DNA of 54,803 nucleotides, filler included, from Dirinaria sp. TL-2023a (Eukaryota): the NCBI GenBank assembly GCA_051941275.1. It is 5 parts of 5 records of this genome, joined end to end, with 100 filler letters (N's around TTAATTAATTAA, not from the genome) between each part and the next. Parts side by side here need not be neighbours in the genome. Positions count along the whole stretch, not along the records: positions 22,021 to 32,887 come from JAVEBF010000898.1; positions 32,988 to 43,846 come from JAVEBF010000899.1; 3 more parts are not named here. One strand, 5' to 3'. The position numbers and the translations under genes were made by a program. Of this stretch, positions 25,640 to 37,668 are shown piece by piece (positions within the stretch are counted from its first letter, which is position 1; each line of letters opens with the position of its first letter). Under the pieces are notes generated by a model, which was not told the DNA's origin, did not search any database, and saw nothing but the letters and a program-made list of their open reading frames with translations.

Positions 25640-27603
25640 CTACCGCCACCCGGGAGGCTCAGGACAACACTGAGTCGAATCATCGCCAGCACAATAGCCA
25701 GAGATGTAGCCGCCAGCGCAGTACTTGTCAGTGGACTGGCAGTCACCAGTCTTGCCAGGCGGGTAGCATTTCAGAGGCGAAGCTTCTCGGGGCTTTACAT
25801 TCCTACTCTCATAGAGCCCCGTCCCGGTCGCCATGGGAGCTGTAGCGGTTATGAGCGGTATTGATGACGCGGTGGTAGTGTGGTCACTGGGCTCAAGGCC
25901 TGGAATCTTGACCTCGTAGCATTTCGGTTCGAGGGGATCAATGGTTTCCTTGAGCGTCCACTCCTTTTCAGGCTCGTGATCCTCTGTGTCGAAATCCATC
26001 TGAATTTCTACCTTATAGGTGTCAACTTTGTGGCTTTCCACTTTGACTCCTGTGTTTGAGCCGCCTGGATGACAGACGCCATTTTTATCTGCATAAATCA
26101 TATCAGCAATTGCCCAGACGAGGGAAAGATTCGGGGTACCGTAAGTCGCCGTCAAGCTAGCCTGTCTCTCCGGATATGTATGAACGAAAGAAGTCTCCCA
26201 TTTGCCAACGTATTTCAAGTCAACACCGAATGTCACTTTGTGCTTAATGTATGCCGCTAAATCAATTGAAGCAGACAATTCTTTGACTTCAAAAGAATGA
26301 TCAAGCGTCGACTCATTCCAATGTTGAATAGCGCTTTTCGACGGATCCACGATATCCGCGAACACCTTGGCGTCCTTGGGAATCTTCCCTTCAACCTTGA
26401 AACTTGCTTTAGCTTTGCCGGCAATTGCTGCGCGCGCCCCTGCCCAGGCCGACGTGGTGCACCCGAGTCCGCCGATTTGCCAGTCGAGCCCGGCCCAGGG
26501 TATTGCTTCCTTGTCGATTTCTTCCTCGTGTTCAATAGACTGCGAGTCCGAGTCGGTGAAATCAACCGTCGCTGAAAGCTCTAGTTTGGCATCGAATTCC
26601 TCTGGCGAAAGCTCAAGCGTGAGCTCTTGGAGCTTCTTTTGGTCGACCCTAACATAGCCGTAGACCTTCCATTTACTCTTGATGTAGCAACTCTCGCAAT
26701 CAAGGGAGAAATGTCCGTCGTCGTCGCGAAAGATATTCTTCGGTTTTCCTTCATCTCCTACATTAATTTCGATACTCTTACTCGCATCCCAATCGACATT
26801 TTTCCCATTGTAAGCGTCGTAAGCTCCTTTTAAAACGTGCCCGAGGTCGTCAAAGAAGCCTCGAGCTTTGATTGTCCGGGCTTGATTGAGCTGGCCAAGG
26901 TGAAGCTCGTAAGTACCAGCGACGTCTTCCCACTCTGCGACTTTTGATCTCATCTTGATTGTAAGGTCCGCCGCGTCTTTCTCTACGCTGGAAACTCTGG
27001 AGAACACAGTCAGCGGAGTCGACAGGCGCAAATGACAAAACGCACTTGTAGGGCTGCCTATGATCGTCAGCTCCACAACCATCGTGATTAGCGATGACTA
27101 AGAGCTGTTTGGCATCATCCTCGTTGATTTTACTCCAAACTGTCATTGCATAGTTATAGACTTTTTTGGATTTAAAAGTAAGCGACATGGCTCCATCATC
27201 CCCTTTGCAGTCCACACTGGAGGTGAGATCGTCGAAGCGCTCCAACAGGACAATAGGGAGTCCGTCTTCTGCATAGAGTGTCATGTCGGCTATATGGCCC
27301 TGACCATTCTCTAAGTGTTCTGTAGTGAGTAAAAAAAACCGGCAACGATCTCGAGGATTGCTTACTGCCTGGATGTCCGTAGATGAGTTGCGCTTGGTCC
27401 GCAGGATCCAGATGGGAAAAATCATCATGCGCTCTGCGCCGTAGTCCCATGGCTGCTTCATACCGATTCAGGCTTATCGGTTTAAGGTAGATTGGACCAT
27501 CTTGCCGCGGTGTCAACTTCGAACGGGGATTAGGATGGCATAGCACTGATGGTAGAATTGCTGAAGCCAGCAGCATCGAAAGAAACATCATGTGCCAGCA
27601 CAT
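25640..27603 (-). CDS. Secreted protein of the fungal 'LLERFD...VIANHDGCG...RQPY' family (DUF7029/DUF7223-like) with a Thr-rich linker and a C-terminal 6-Cys module; about 3 introns
   Basis: Hydrophobic signal peptide (MMFLSMLLASAILPSVLC), FSHLDPADQAQLIYG, LDCESCY, a beta-rich body, and the tail CYPPGKTGDCQSTDKYCAGGYISGYCAGDDSTQCC. Confidence 0.75.
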
Positions 27604-28770
27604 GTTCGTAAAGCACTAAAAATTGGCGATAATAATAAGAAGAAGAAGCAGATGTATGAAGAAAAGGAATGTTCTCTTTAATGCTCCGTACTATAAAACG
27701 ACCAACAAAAAGTAGATTGCTAGTGCCATACGTGGCTGATCCTGGGTGATACTCAGATATGGGGCTATGGGTTGGATGCACAACGAAGCAGACTGGGGTA
27801 ACGGCCATGACAGAAAGTTTTTCACGGCTCCTGAACAATTGAATCGACTTGTTACGATTAGCCTGACTGACGTTGAGTTCCAGTTCTACGATGTCCTGGG
27901 CTGATGATGGGAGAGGCATCAATTCAAATGCTTCTGGAGTGATAGTTCGAGAGGTAGCCATTGTAGAACAAGAGTCATATGATGACGTAGAACTGAAACA
28001 AAATGTCTTGTATCTCTCGTTGGTTGCAACATCGAATCACATAAGTCGAAATGGACGGTAATGACACGTCGCAGAGCAATATTTGTACCCTGGTCAATTT
28101 GGCCCTCCAAATGCTGACTCATCAAGCTAGCTTCTTGGCGTTACAGTAGAATACGTTTAGTAGCAGATAAATAACGAGATCGTGATAAGCGTCCAAAATC
28201 GCCAAGTAATCACCTCAAAAATTCATCTCTAGCTGCTTTTCTCTGAAGCGAGCGGAATATAGTGTAAATGTGTCGGATACTCAAGCATACTAGAGAGTCA
28301 AATTGCTACGAAGGGGCAGAGAGACACGAACAGGGTGTCAAGCCGCAAACATCAAGGCTTGCCATGGGACAAAACCATCCAGACAGAGAGGCAAGCGAGG
28401 TTTCGTGCACCGTCAGTGGGTATAGTCAACATTGCACTCACACTTCATACTGCGGGAGGTAGGTAGTGCGAGTAGTCCGAGGAAGAACGATGATGATGAA
28501 GAAGGAAAAAGGGTGGATGGGCTTGACCCTACACTACCTCTGTGTGGCCAGACACATCATAGTTTGCTACACTACCTGGGTCATTCTCGAAGCAACCATC
28601 GTCTCTGGCCTTAGACTGGACGTCGTGTATGCCTCTTCTTAGACTGAAAGATGCCATTGAATGTAGCGATTACCAATGTCAGAAAGATCTCGGCATTATT
28701 CGGCCGATTCGAAGAGAGGTCTGCTGGAGCGCCCCAAAAGGCCCCGAGTCCAGAGACAATCCCACACCAC

Positions 28771-28796
28771 AAAAAAAAAAAAAAAAAAAAAAAAAA
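28771..28796 (+). repeat. Poly(A) tract
   Basis: About 26 consecutive A. Confidence 0.9.
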
Positions 28797-29354
28797 TTGA
28801 ATAAAAGGCGAAAGAGGCTACTGTGTCTTCAGTCCCTGCTTTGAGAGCTGCTTGCACGACGTAGTAGGTTCTGATTATGAAATTTCCACGCATACTGGAT
28901 GCTAGCGATGGACCGCGCAGACCTTCAGACCCAGAGATTGCACGTTTCTTCATTTTACAGCCATCCAGATGCCTACATGGTGCCTGGTTGAGATATTCTC
29001 CACTTACAAGGCAACAGGAGATAGTACACCGACACCAATGGTGTACGATGTGCATCGCATAAAAGTCACACTGTTAGAAATACTGGCTGATGGCGTTTTC
29101 GAGTTGTCGGCCATCCATTGGGTCTCACGTGCACTTTCGCTTAAAATGCGAAGGAGTTGCGCATTACGAGGAGCATAAGGAGTGTAAGATGTCCCAAAGC
29201 TATTGGCGTAGAACCCGAAATCGCAAAATTATAAGCACCCAGTCTGATAGTAAGGAGTTGCCTTCACCCTCGATAAAAATCTCGCCGAGAGCGGTAACAC
29301 AAAACCAGTCTCTTCCAGAGGCACGCGCTACAGGCTCAAGTTCAGTGCGTCCAG

Positions 29355-30044
29355 TCAGCTCGCAAACTCTGTTTCAGCTATCTGTAGCGCACTAAAAGCG
29401 GTCTCCGTACTCTCTGCTAGGGCATCTCTGATGTCTTGGCTTTCGATAATTGCGGCAAGTTTGGATTCGTAAGTCTGGTAGACGCAGAGGTCAGCAGAAT
29501 TCCCGCCCAAAGCGAACCACGACAATCTCACCAGAAGTCCCGTGCGGATTTTCGCCAGATCGTCATGAATCGTCGATTCGTCAAGGGCTAACTTGTAGTA
29601 ATTCTTTTTGCTAATAAGGTCCCGCGAAAGTGCTTGCAGCTCAGCTGTGAACTTCGGAGGTCAGCTAAGGTTGCTCTATGACAGGCATGAACAATCTACT
29701 TGGGAAAATGACTCCTCGATATTATCCTCTTCCCCTTCATCGCCTGTCTTTGGGGCCTGCGCTGCAACAGCTGTCGCGACTCCCAGGGCATTAATAATGT
29801 CCTTGAGATCGTTCTCTTCGGCCTGAGCATAATAAGCCGGTGCTGTGGAGAGTAGATCCTAGGAGACAAATACCTTCGTTTGCATGAGACTGTTGAGGGC
29901 ATTAATGTTGGTGTCATCATTGTCGGCATTCTCAGTCTGCGATGTGAGGTCTTCGTTGGAAGCGACGACCGGTTGATCGTCCTGAGTGACAACAAATTGT
30001 AAGAAAGCCAAGCTGAAAATCAAAGAGATGATGAAGGCTTTCAT
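29355..30044 (-). CDS. Small secreted acidic, probably alpha-helical protein of unknown function; 4 exons
   Basis: Signal peptide MKAFIISLIFSLAFLQFVVTQ. Three GT-AG introns join ..LMQTK|AEENDLKDII..SFSQ|LQALSRDL..RTGLL|TYESKL..ETEFAS*; exact acceptors are uncertain. Confidence 0.7.
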
Positions 30045-32887
30045 CGTGACTACAGCCTGGGAAGCACTGTCACGAAGCTTGTATCGTACTCAGGAGTCGA
30101 GAGACAACAGCGATTTGATATGCGATACGATCCTTAGCAGAGTCGGACAAACGGTGAGTGATGAGGCAACGAGTGTTTGCCAGCTTTATATTCTTGATGT
30201 CGATCGACCCGTTTGGATACAGAGTGGAACTCAAATAGTGGATCATGACTAAAAAGATATTTGGAATTTCGGAGACTATCGGCCGAATTGACACATATTC
30301 ATGACTCTCGGAACAAGATCGTTGAGGTTACTCTGAAAAAGGATTCTGGCAAACCTAAACTTCAAACGCAAGCCTTTGAAGACGAGTAGAGACTTCGATC
30401 CCTCCTCTCTATACATGCCGAGCATTTCGGAACAGAGGAGGGACTGTTCCTGCAACTCTCTTTAAGTCCGCAGATTGGCTTAGCTCGAAAGTATCAAGGA
30501 TTGAAATGTTGCCCACCCCCACCAGTTACGCTACTCCCAAAATCTATGAAGGCGAAAGCCACTTCCCAAGGACTACGGCACCTTGGTGCCTAGCGTGAAT
30601 AGGGCAAAGTGTATAGGGTCCAGAGCCTGCATGCCATTACAGGCATACCGATGCCTTCTTGAGAAATACCATTGAAACCATTGACACCGGTACCATTTAA
30701 AGATGCCAGGAACCGGTAGAAATGGTAGAATGGGGATGTCACGGCAAGTATGTTCATGAGGTTTACTGATTACAAAAGCTTCTCCCTAGATGCAAACGCG
30801 AGAGCATTACATGATCAGTTTCAAAGCCCTTAATCCGTATCTTTGGGTCTCCCAGGAAGGTTCCCTTCAAATCTCCGTGATACATTTCCCAAAAACTCTT
30901 GGGACAGGTATGTCCCTTTCACGCAAATCGGCTGACCCAAGGGCGGCTTTATCTCGGCCCTTTTTCAGAGATTCCAGCTCTACGACCTAGCGGCAAGATC
31001 GTATGGACCAAGCCTAGATGGCACAATCTCATGGCCTCACAAGCCTTGTGATGCTGTTAATTGTGCAGGCTGGCGAATCGACTAGGCCCGACACCATATA
31101 TTAGTTCGAAAAAAATCAAGCGATGCAAACCTCAGCGAGCATCCTTGAGGTTGGTTCTCGTAGTCTTTCTGGTTCGACCTCTTGCTCATGGAGCTTTCGA
31201 GTGATTTTCCCATGAGACTTCAAATGAAGAATCTGCCGTATGGCGTGACGATCAAGATCTGTGATCGAAAACATGGAGGCCGTGTCATAGCGGAAAGGAA
31301 ATGGAAGGATTTTACTTCAAGCTTCGCTACTTCCGAGCTAAGGCTGAGAACTGGTTTTACAACGATATCCAAACGCCAGCACTTTATGCAATGGGTTTTG
31401 ACTCTTACTCAGAGCACAGATTTGAGTTCCAGATGGTGTAGGAATTTTATATCTCCTAGCTCATATTAAGATACCAACTCTTCTAAGACTTGCTGCAATA
31501 CCTCGTTATGAATCGTTGAGAGCTGTTATACTTACCTTTGAGTGGCTTCTACCTCGCTAAGCCTCATAAGCAGACTTTTTCTGTTTTATTGAAACGTGAT
31601 CATTCATCGAGCCCGCGGAGACTAGAGTGGTTGGTGTAGACTGAGTGAAAGATTCACGGTGTATGGATGCAATAGCGCTAATGGCAGTTGGATAGTCTGA
31701 GTACCAGCATGATCCGTCTACTACGGTAATGTACTTACAGCGTAGTTAATAGCGAGAGGAGAAAGTGAGAAAAGTCTATTTGCTCGGCAAGACCGACGCT
31801 AGGCCTGACCCGGTAGCCGAGGCAAACCCACCAAACATCTCCGAACTGATATAAACACATTTTCCTACACCAATGAATCCATGGCTGATGTGTTTTCTCT
31901 AATACACCAACGATAGCCAGCCTCAATGCTAGCTTGACCGAGGTGCTACGAATCAGTACAATCAGCTGCTCATATTACGTTTCGGAAACCATGACGACAG
32001 TGCAATTTGCCCTCCAGCGAAATGCTAAGCTGTTGCGACTTAGACAGAATAATATTGGTGTTTCTTTATTCCCAATGAGCCACATAGTTATAGCACGGCA
32101 ACCGCACTAAAATGATGTGCGAAAGCTTGGAATTAAAAGAGATAGAAACTGCGTAGCTCACAAGTCATTTCGTTTGACGGAGATAGCATCCAGAAGGTTG
32201 CCGGACTCGCTACGTGCGCCATAATCGCATCAAGAAGCTCAGCCATCTTATGTCACTCTTCTGGCATCCCGATCAATAATGGTCATCACCGTCTGGCGAA
32301 ATGTAATGAAGCAGAATTCAAGTCCATGATCTCGAAATTTTTCAAAATTGAGCTCCTCGCCTGCGCTTTCACAAAGGCCCATCTCACCATCTTTCCCAAC
32401 TCATTTGTATTCTCGAGACAATCTGAACGCTCTATCTCTGATTGAAAACATTCACATTTTTCCCATCTTCTTCGATGACCGATGTCAATACTTCAGCCTT
32501 TTCAGCTGTAAATTCCAACTTGCCGGTCTTAGTAATGCTGGCAGCAGCATTTGGAACTGCTTCCCGACTACTGGAGCCCTGCATTCCTCTTACATAGAGA
32601 AAAGCAGCTATTTTGTGCTGGCTTGCGCAGGCTAAGGAGTGGGACCAGAGCCAAGAAAAATAAGTCTTTCAAAGAGAGCGACCTCGTGGAGAGTCATCCT
32701 TTTTGACACCAAAGCCAGTGCTATCGACCCATTCCTCTACTACAGTTGATTATGGCAAAGCGTCTGGAGCTATATGATCCATTCCAAGATACATGAATGA
32801 GCTGAATAAAGTATAGATTTTCTTTAAGTGTGGTCAGGGCGTTGTCATACCGAAAAGTGGCAGAGCTTTTTGCAAGGCCGAGGAGAG

Positions 32888-32987
32888 NNNNNNNNNNNNN
32901 NNNNNNNNNNNNNNNNNNNNNNNNNNNNNNNTTAATTAATTAANNNNNNNNNNNNNNNNNNNNNNNNNNNNNNNNNNNNNNNNNNNN
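32888..32987. other. Artificial contig-joining spacer
   Basis: N44-TTAATTAATTAA-N44. Confidence 0.98.
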
Positions 32988-33810
32988 GCCCCCAAACTCC
33001 CCCAAGTCCCAAAAGTCCCAAAGCATATTTTAATGCTTCCATGCAGCTCATCACCACCACCGTGGAAGGCTATCGTTGGCTCTGCAGTCTTGCTCCGGCC
33101 AGCTGCCTTTTCCTCCCACGCGTGTGCAGTCTGTCGTGCTTTGGGCTGATATGTGCCGGGTTTTGATTCGCCCAGCTCATCTGCACAATGTCGTCCGCGG
33201 CTGCCGCTGGGAGGCAGAGCTGCAGCGCCGGATCCTGGTTCAGATCTGCCTTCTTTTGCACACTGCATATCGTGGGATGTATGGAAGAGGCAGAATATCC
33301 CTCCTTGGAATGGAATGGTAGATGGAAGATACTGCTTCTACGAACTACCCAGATTCGCGCGTCATTGCGGGCTTTGGGGTATCCCAAGGACTTGAGTCAC
33401 TATTTTGACACGGAAGGAAAATCTATGGTCGAGTGCATTGATAATTGCTTCTCTACGTGTTTTGAAACGCTTAGCTCTAGCTACAGAGGGCCCCTTAGCA
33501 GGAGCACAGAGGGGGAAGAAAGGCACTCATTCCCGACGCTGGGGCCCTGGCAAAGCAAATGGTAATAACCGCCAGTCGATACGAGTGCTCCCCGTGCAAC
33601 TGCGTACAGCATTTCCAGACACACTTCTGGCAAAGTACGTGTGGTGTCGACAGTGCTGTAAGGAAATCACAAATGTAAAGTGACGCTTCATGTATGCCCG
33701 TATCTTATCCACCTCTTATCGGTAGACTAGCTATTCCCTTCTATGGCACAGGCTGGCAATCATAGTGCAAGGTCTGTAGTCCGGATATGGGGGAGATGAA
33801 GGCGAGCCAC

Positions 33811-36000
33811 TTAGTGGAATCGACGACCCGTGGGGCCTTGTCCGCCACGGCGATCCATCTCTTCAAACACCGTATAGCGACCCTCGTGGAAGGTAGGACG
33901 ATATCTCGGATCGCGCCCAAGGCGGTTCGGCGGCACGCCCCAATCCCCGAAGAAGCTCTCGTCTCCCCTTGGCCCTTTATCAATGCACCACTCTGGAACC
34001 GGCGCGTAGCGGGCGAAATGATCGCTCTTTCCGTTCTCGCGGTCGCTGACATAGCTCGCGAAGTTGAGGCAAACCTGCTTCAGCATGTCGTCGATGTCAT
34101 TGGATGTGGCAGTCGAGTTGGCGGAGAGATTGGATTTGGCAGCGCGTTCGGCACCAATTGCAGCGATGGGACTGCAGGTTTTGGCGCTAATGGGGCTGGT
34201 AATCGTGCTGAAGGAGTCCGTGGAGCGACGGTAGCCGGGAGGTTCCTTAGAATAGCATGCGTCCGAAAGCTCGTTGAGTGTGGCGCGAGGGATACCGTGG
34301 GCACGCGTGTCGTTGTGCCACCAGGCTTCGAGTTCTTCAGTGGAGCGCTCGACACGCTTGGGCGGCTGAGTTAGAGAGTGGATGTACTCATTGCCAGGGC
34401 AGAGTCCGGGTGGAAAAGTAGGACGGGCATGGTACTCCTGTTCCTGCGTTTCGTCAAAAGTGTAGGCAGTGGGACTGTTGAAGATGCTCACTGGACGATT
34501 GTGCCACGGAAGAGGGTCGCTAGTTCTGAGAGCCTCTTTCTCCGCTTCTGGAGCCTCTGCTGTAGTATCCGGGTGATTCGACTGTGGTTGGCCCATACTG
34601 CTTTGAGCGAGTGGATCGTATAATACCGTGCGAGTAGCCCTCGGTAGATCGCCACGAGCTTCGGATTCAGCGACTTGGCGGTCGAGATTCTGAAGAAGGA
34701 ACTCTTTCTTGCTAGCCGAGTAGCTGCTGTACGGTCTAGAGTCACGAGTGTAGCTGCTGCTGCTGGGTGGTGTGAGACCCGGCGTCACAGTGGGGACAGA
34801 GACTCTAGGAGTCGTGACCGGCTCGTCCAGGTTGTAGGAGGGCTGAGGACTCATGTGAGGTTGGGATGGCTGAGGAAAGCGGAAGTTGTAATCCATGGTG
34901 CCCTTCACTACAGCAGGCTGCTTTTGTGATGCAATGCTGGAATGAATGTTTCGTGGATTGTTGGCATACTCAGCAGCTGAGACGGGCTGATTGTGAGATG
35001 CAAAGCTCTCGTGAATGTTAGACGGATTGCTGGAGAGCGCGTAAGCTGCACGCGGCTGCTTCATATTTGGCTGCTCCGTGAATGGGTCCTCGTTTCCGCT
35101 AAGCTTGGACTGGTCAGACATAGTACTAGCATTTGAGGCTTTCGATGGATTGGTGGAGGGCCGGACTGAGTACTGGTAGCCAGAGAAATTATCGTGAGCT
35201 CGAAGCTGATTGCCTGAACTAGCTAAATGGCCTTGAACTGGGTACATGCTGGAGGATTGATGAGACGAATTAGGGACTTGCATGTTGACATCCAATTCAT
35301 TGGAGACGTTGTTGTAGTTTCTGAGATCACTAGGAGTCGATCGGCCAAGACCTGGAAGAGGGAACTGATGAAGATAGTCTTGGTTGTACAGTGATGCAGC
35401 ACGGGAAGTGGAGGGATCTCTAGAAGTCACAGCTCGCTTACCCTCCTTGACCTGTGGATTACGAGCATGCTCATGAGAAGACACCTCAGATACTGCAGCC
35501 GACATCGCAGGCGAGGAGTGCAGAGTAGATTGTTTCTCTCCTTCGAGCACTTGGTCCGAGAATTCACTCAGGTTCAGCGGCTTCCAGGCTTTAGATCCTC
35601 GATTACCAGGTTTAGAAAGCTTGACAGTTCCAAGCGGTACTGAAGTCGAAGCCGAAGCTTCATACTCGGATTGCATGGCTTGGATCGCTTTTTGTGCTCT
35701 TACCGCGTTTAATTCTGCAGCTCGAGCTTTGGCTGCAAATGTTGTGCCAGAGGTTAAGTTGGCTAGGCTAGCCATAGTAGGGAGTTGCCCCTGGAAAGGA
35801 TCCATCTCCTCTAGCTCACGACTGTAAGAAAACCTCTGAACACCCTCAGGTGTTGATCCCCCAAGAGATGCTTGTTGCTCCTGAGAGTCTCGAGGAATGG
35901 TTCTGATATGGGATTCTGTCTGATGAGTGACAACGTCTCTTACCGCTTCTGCATTTGTTGCTCCTTGTCGAGGTATAAAACGGAACTGATTATGATCTCT
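33811..36000 (-). CDS. Hypothetical protein, mostly Ser/Pro-rich and disordered, with a conserved-looking C-terminal motif; true 5' end uncertain
   Basis: Open frame of over 2 kb. The C-terminal FARYAPVPEWCIDKGPRGDESFFGDWGVPPNRLGRDPRY resembles a motif in uncharacterised Pezizomycotina proteins. The first ~90 codons of the computed ORF look non-coding or intronic. Confidence 0.75.
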   Translation of the reverse strand, partial: RDHNQFRFIPRQGATNAEAVRDVVTHQTESHIRTIPRDSQEQQASLGGSTPEGVQRFSYSRELEEMDPFQGQLPTMASLANLTSGTTFAAKARAAELNAVRAQKAIQAMQSEYEASASTSVPLGTVKLSKPGNRGSKAWKPLNLSEFSDQVLEGEKQSTLHSSPAMSAAVSEVSSHEHARNPQVKEGKRAVTSRDPSTSRAASLYNQDYLHQFPLPGLGRSTPSDLRNYNNVSNELDVNMQVPNSSHQSSSMYPVQGHLASSGNQLRAHDNFSGYQYSVRPSTNPSKASNASTMSDQSKLSGNEDPFTEQPNMKQPRAAYALSSNPSNIHESFASHNQPVSAAEYANNPRNIHSSIASQKQPAVVKGTMDYNFRFPQPSQPHMSPQPSYNLDEPVTTPRVSVPTVTPGLTPPSSSSYTRDSRPYSSYSASKKEFLLQNLDRQVAESEARGDLPRATRTVLYDPLAQSSMGQPQSNHPDTTAEAPEAEKEALRTSDPLPWHNRPVSIFNSPTAYTFDETQEQEYHARPTFPPGLCPGNEYIHSLTQPPKRVERSTEELEAWWHNDTRAHGIPRATLNELSDACYSKEPPGYRRSTDSFSTITSPISAKTCSPIAAIGAERAAKSNLSANSTATSNDIDDMLKQVCLNFASYVSDRENGKSDHFARYAPVPEWCIDKGPRGDESFFGDWGVPPNRLGRDPRYRPTFHEGRYTVFEEMDRRGGQGPTGRRFH

Positions 36001-37668
36001 GTGTGCACGCGCGACTAAGATGAACACTTTCAGTCTCAGGCATACAAACAGATGAATACCTTTGCTTTGTGTGAATAGATTTTCACTTACAGTAAGCAGA
36101 ACCGGGCTGAAACCCGTAGAATGGATACATGTTTTCAAAAGCCAGTTTGCTGCTGATATTGATGCCGAGCAACTAGGAAAGCGCGATATGAATGAATGAA
36201 TGTTTGAGCGGCAGGAAACATCTTTACACGATCTTTGTGCGGAACTCGCGTCTTTGCATTCACTACTACGACGCGCCTGCACACTTTACAATCCTTACTT
36301 TGGACTTTGCTGTAAAAGCTCGCCAATAGCAGTCTTTAGAAGATCTGGATCAGCACCTACAATACTTCCAAGCCTATTGCTACTGTGCTTAGATTTCGAG
36401 CTATGAAATATCCATGCAAATGATCCATAGATCATTTAGAAGCTAGAAGAGATGTCTGTTCAGCTACCTTGGTACAAACTCCGCTAATTATCCTAGATTA
36501 GGCCTTCTCTTTAGCAGCCGCAGTGTACTTCATCGACACAATGGGATCAGAACAGCGTTGGAGAAACTTTGAGCCATATTTGCGCTTGAGCTGAATCTCT
36601 ATGTTTGTATGATTGTCAGCACAAGGCACAGATGTGGAGGCGCTATCAACAGTCAAAAAAGAGAAAGCCATGCAGCTACCCATACTCACAAAGGGATCGC
36701 TTTCTGTAGAAGTTTCCATGCAAAGTATAAGCAAAAAAGTTCTCTTCCACTCACCATACTCTCTCCTTATCTTAAAATGATGATACCCTCTAGCTCTGCT
36801 CTTACTCCACGAATCTCTTTAATGGCATAAGATAGAGACTTCTCAAAGACCATGAGCAACCAACACATCTGGCAACCCAATAACTAATCTCCAGAACTCC
36901 GCATCGATATACCCTGTGGCAGCTAGACACAAATATTAAGGTGGCCAGAGCCTCGGTGGCCGGCACTCACTATTCACACCCGGCCATCCCCTCATCAACG
37001 ATCCAAATAAACCCAAACCTCTTTCCCAAAAATCCCATTCCGAACCAAAACATCCAATTATCCCAACCATCCTCATCACTAAAAATCCCCGTCTATCATA
37101 TCTCTTCCAAAATCTGGTAACAGCCCGAAGGCCATGGTGCCAAAGGTAAGGGATTTTCCCAACCCCGCCTGGGTGCTGAAGTGGTATCCATGATCAATCT
37201 GCGTACGCTCGGAGAATAATATTTGCTGGCAGCGATAAGTCTAGAATGTGAGGGATTTATAGGCGCGTTTTTGTATGCTGGGAGGCGTTCAGAGGACGTA
37301 TTGCCCAAGTCTTTGATGAGAATTGACTGTCACATCGCTGTCCACCTCACTGATCACGGAGCGCTGTTGAAACCCTAGGGAAGCCCTAGTTGTGCAGCTT
37401 GTACATTTCGAAAGGGCAAAGGTCCCGTCGCTTCCTTTACTACAGGTACGAGCTCCGTCCTCGCAATGCTTCTCTCACATGATGCAGATCACATCGATTA
37501 CAGAACACTGTATTGGAAAGGGCAAAAGTCCGTAATAGGTATACTTTTCGTTACTGAAGCTAATAATGCTAATCACTGCCGAGAGCTATTTCATAGCAAG
37601 GAAAGACTCGCTGAGCAGAAACAAGCCCAGCTCTTCCGCTCCCGTTTCATTGGATAGCCGCCGGCCAA

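Noticed and set aside
33070..33712. Several overlapping short ORFs at the start of contig 4
   Set aside because: No motif, signal or splice model favours any frame.
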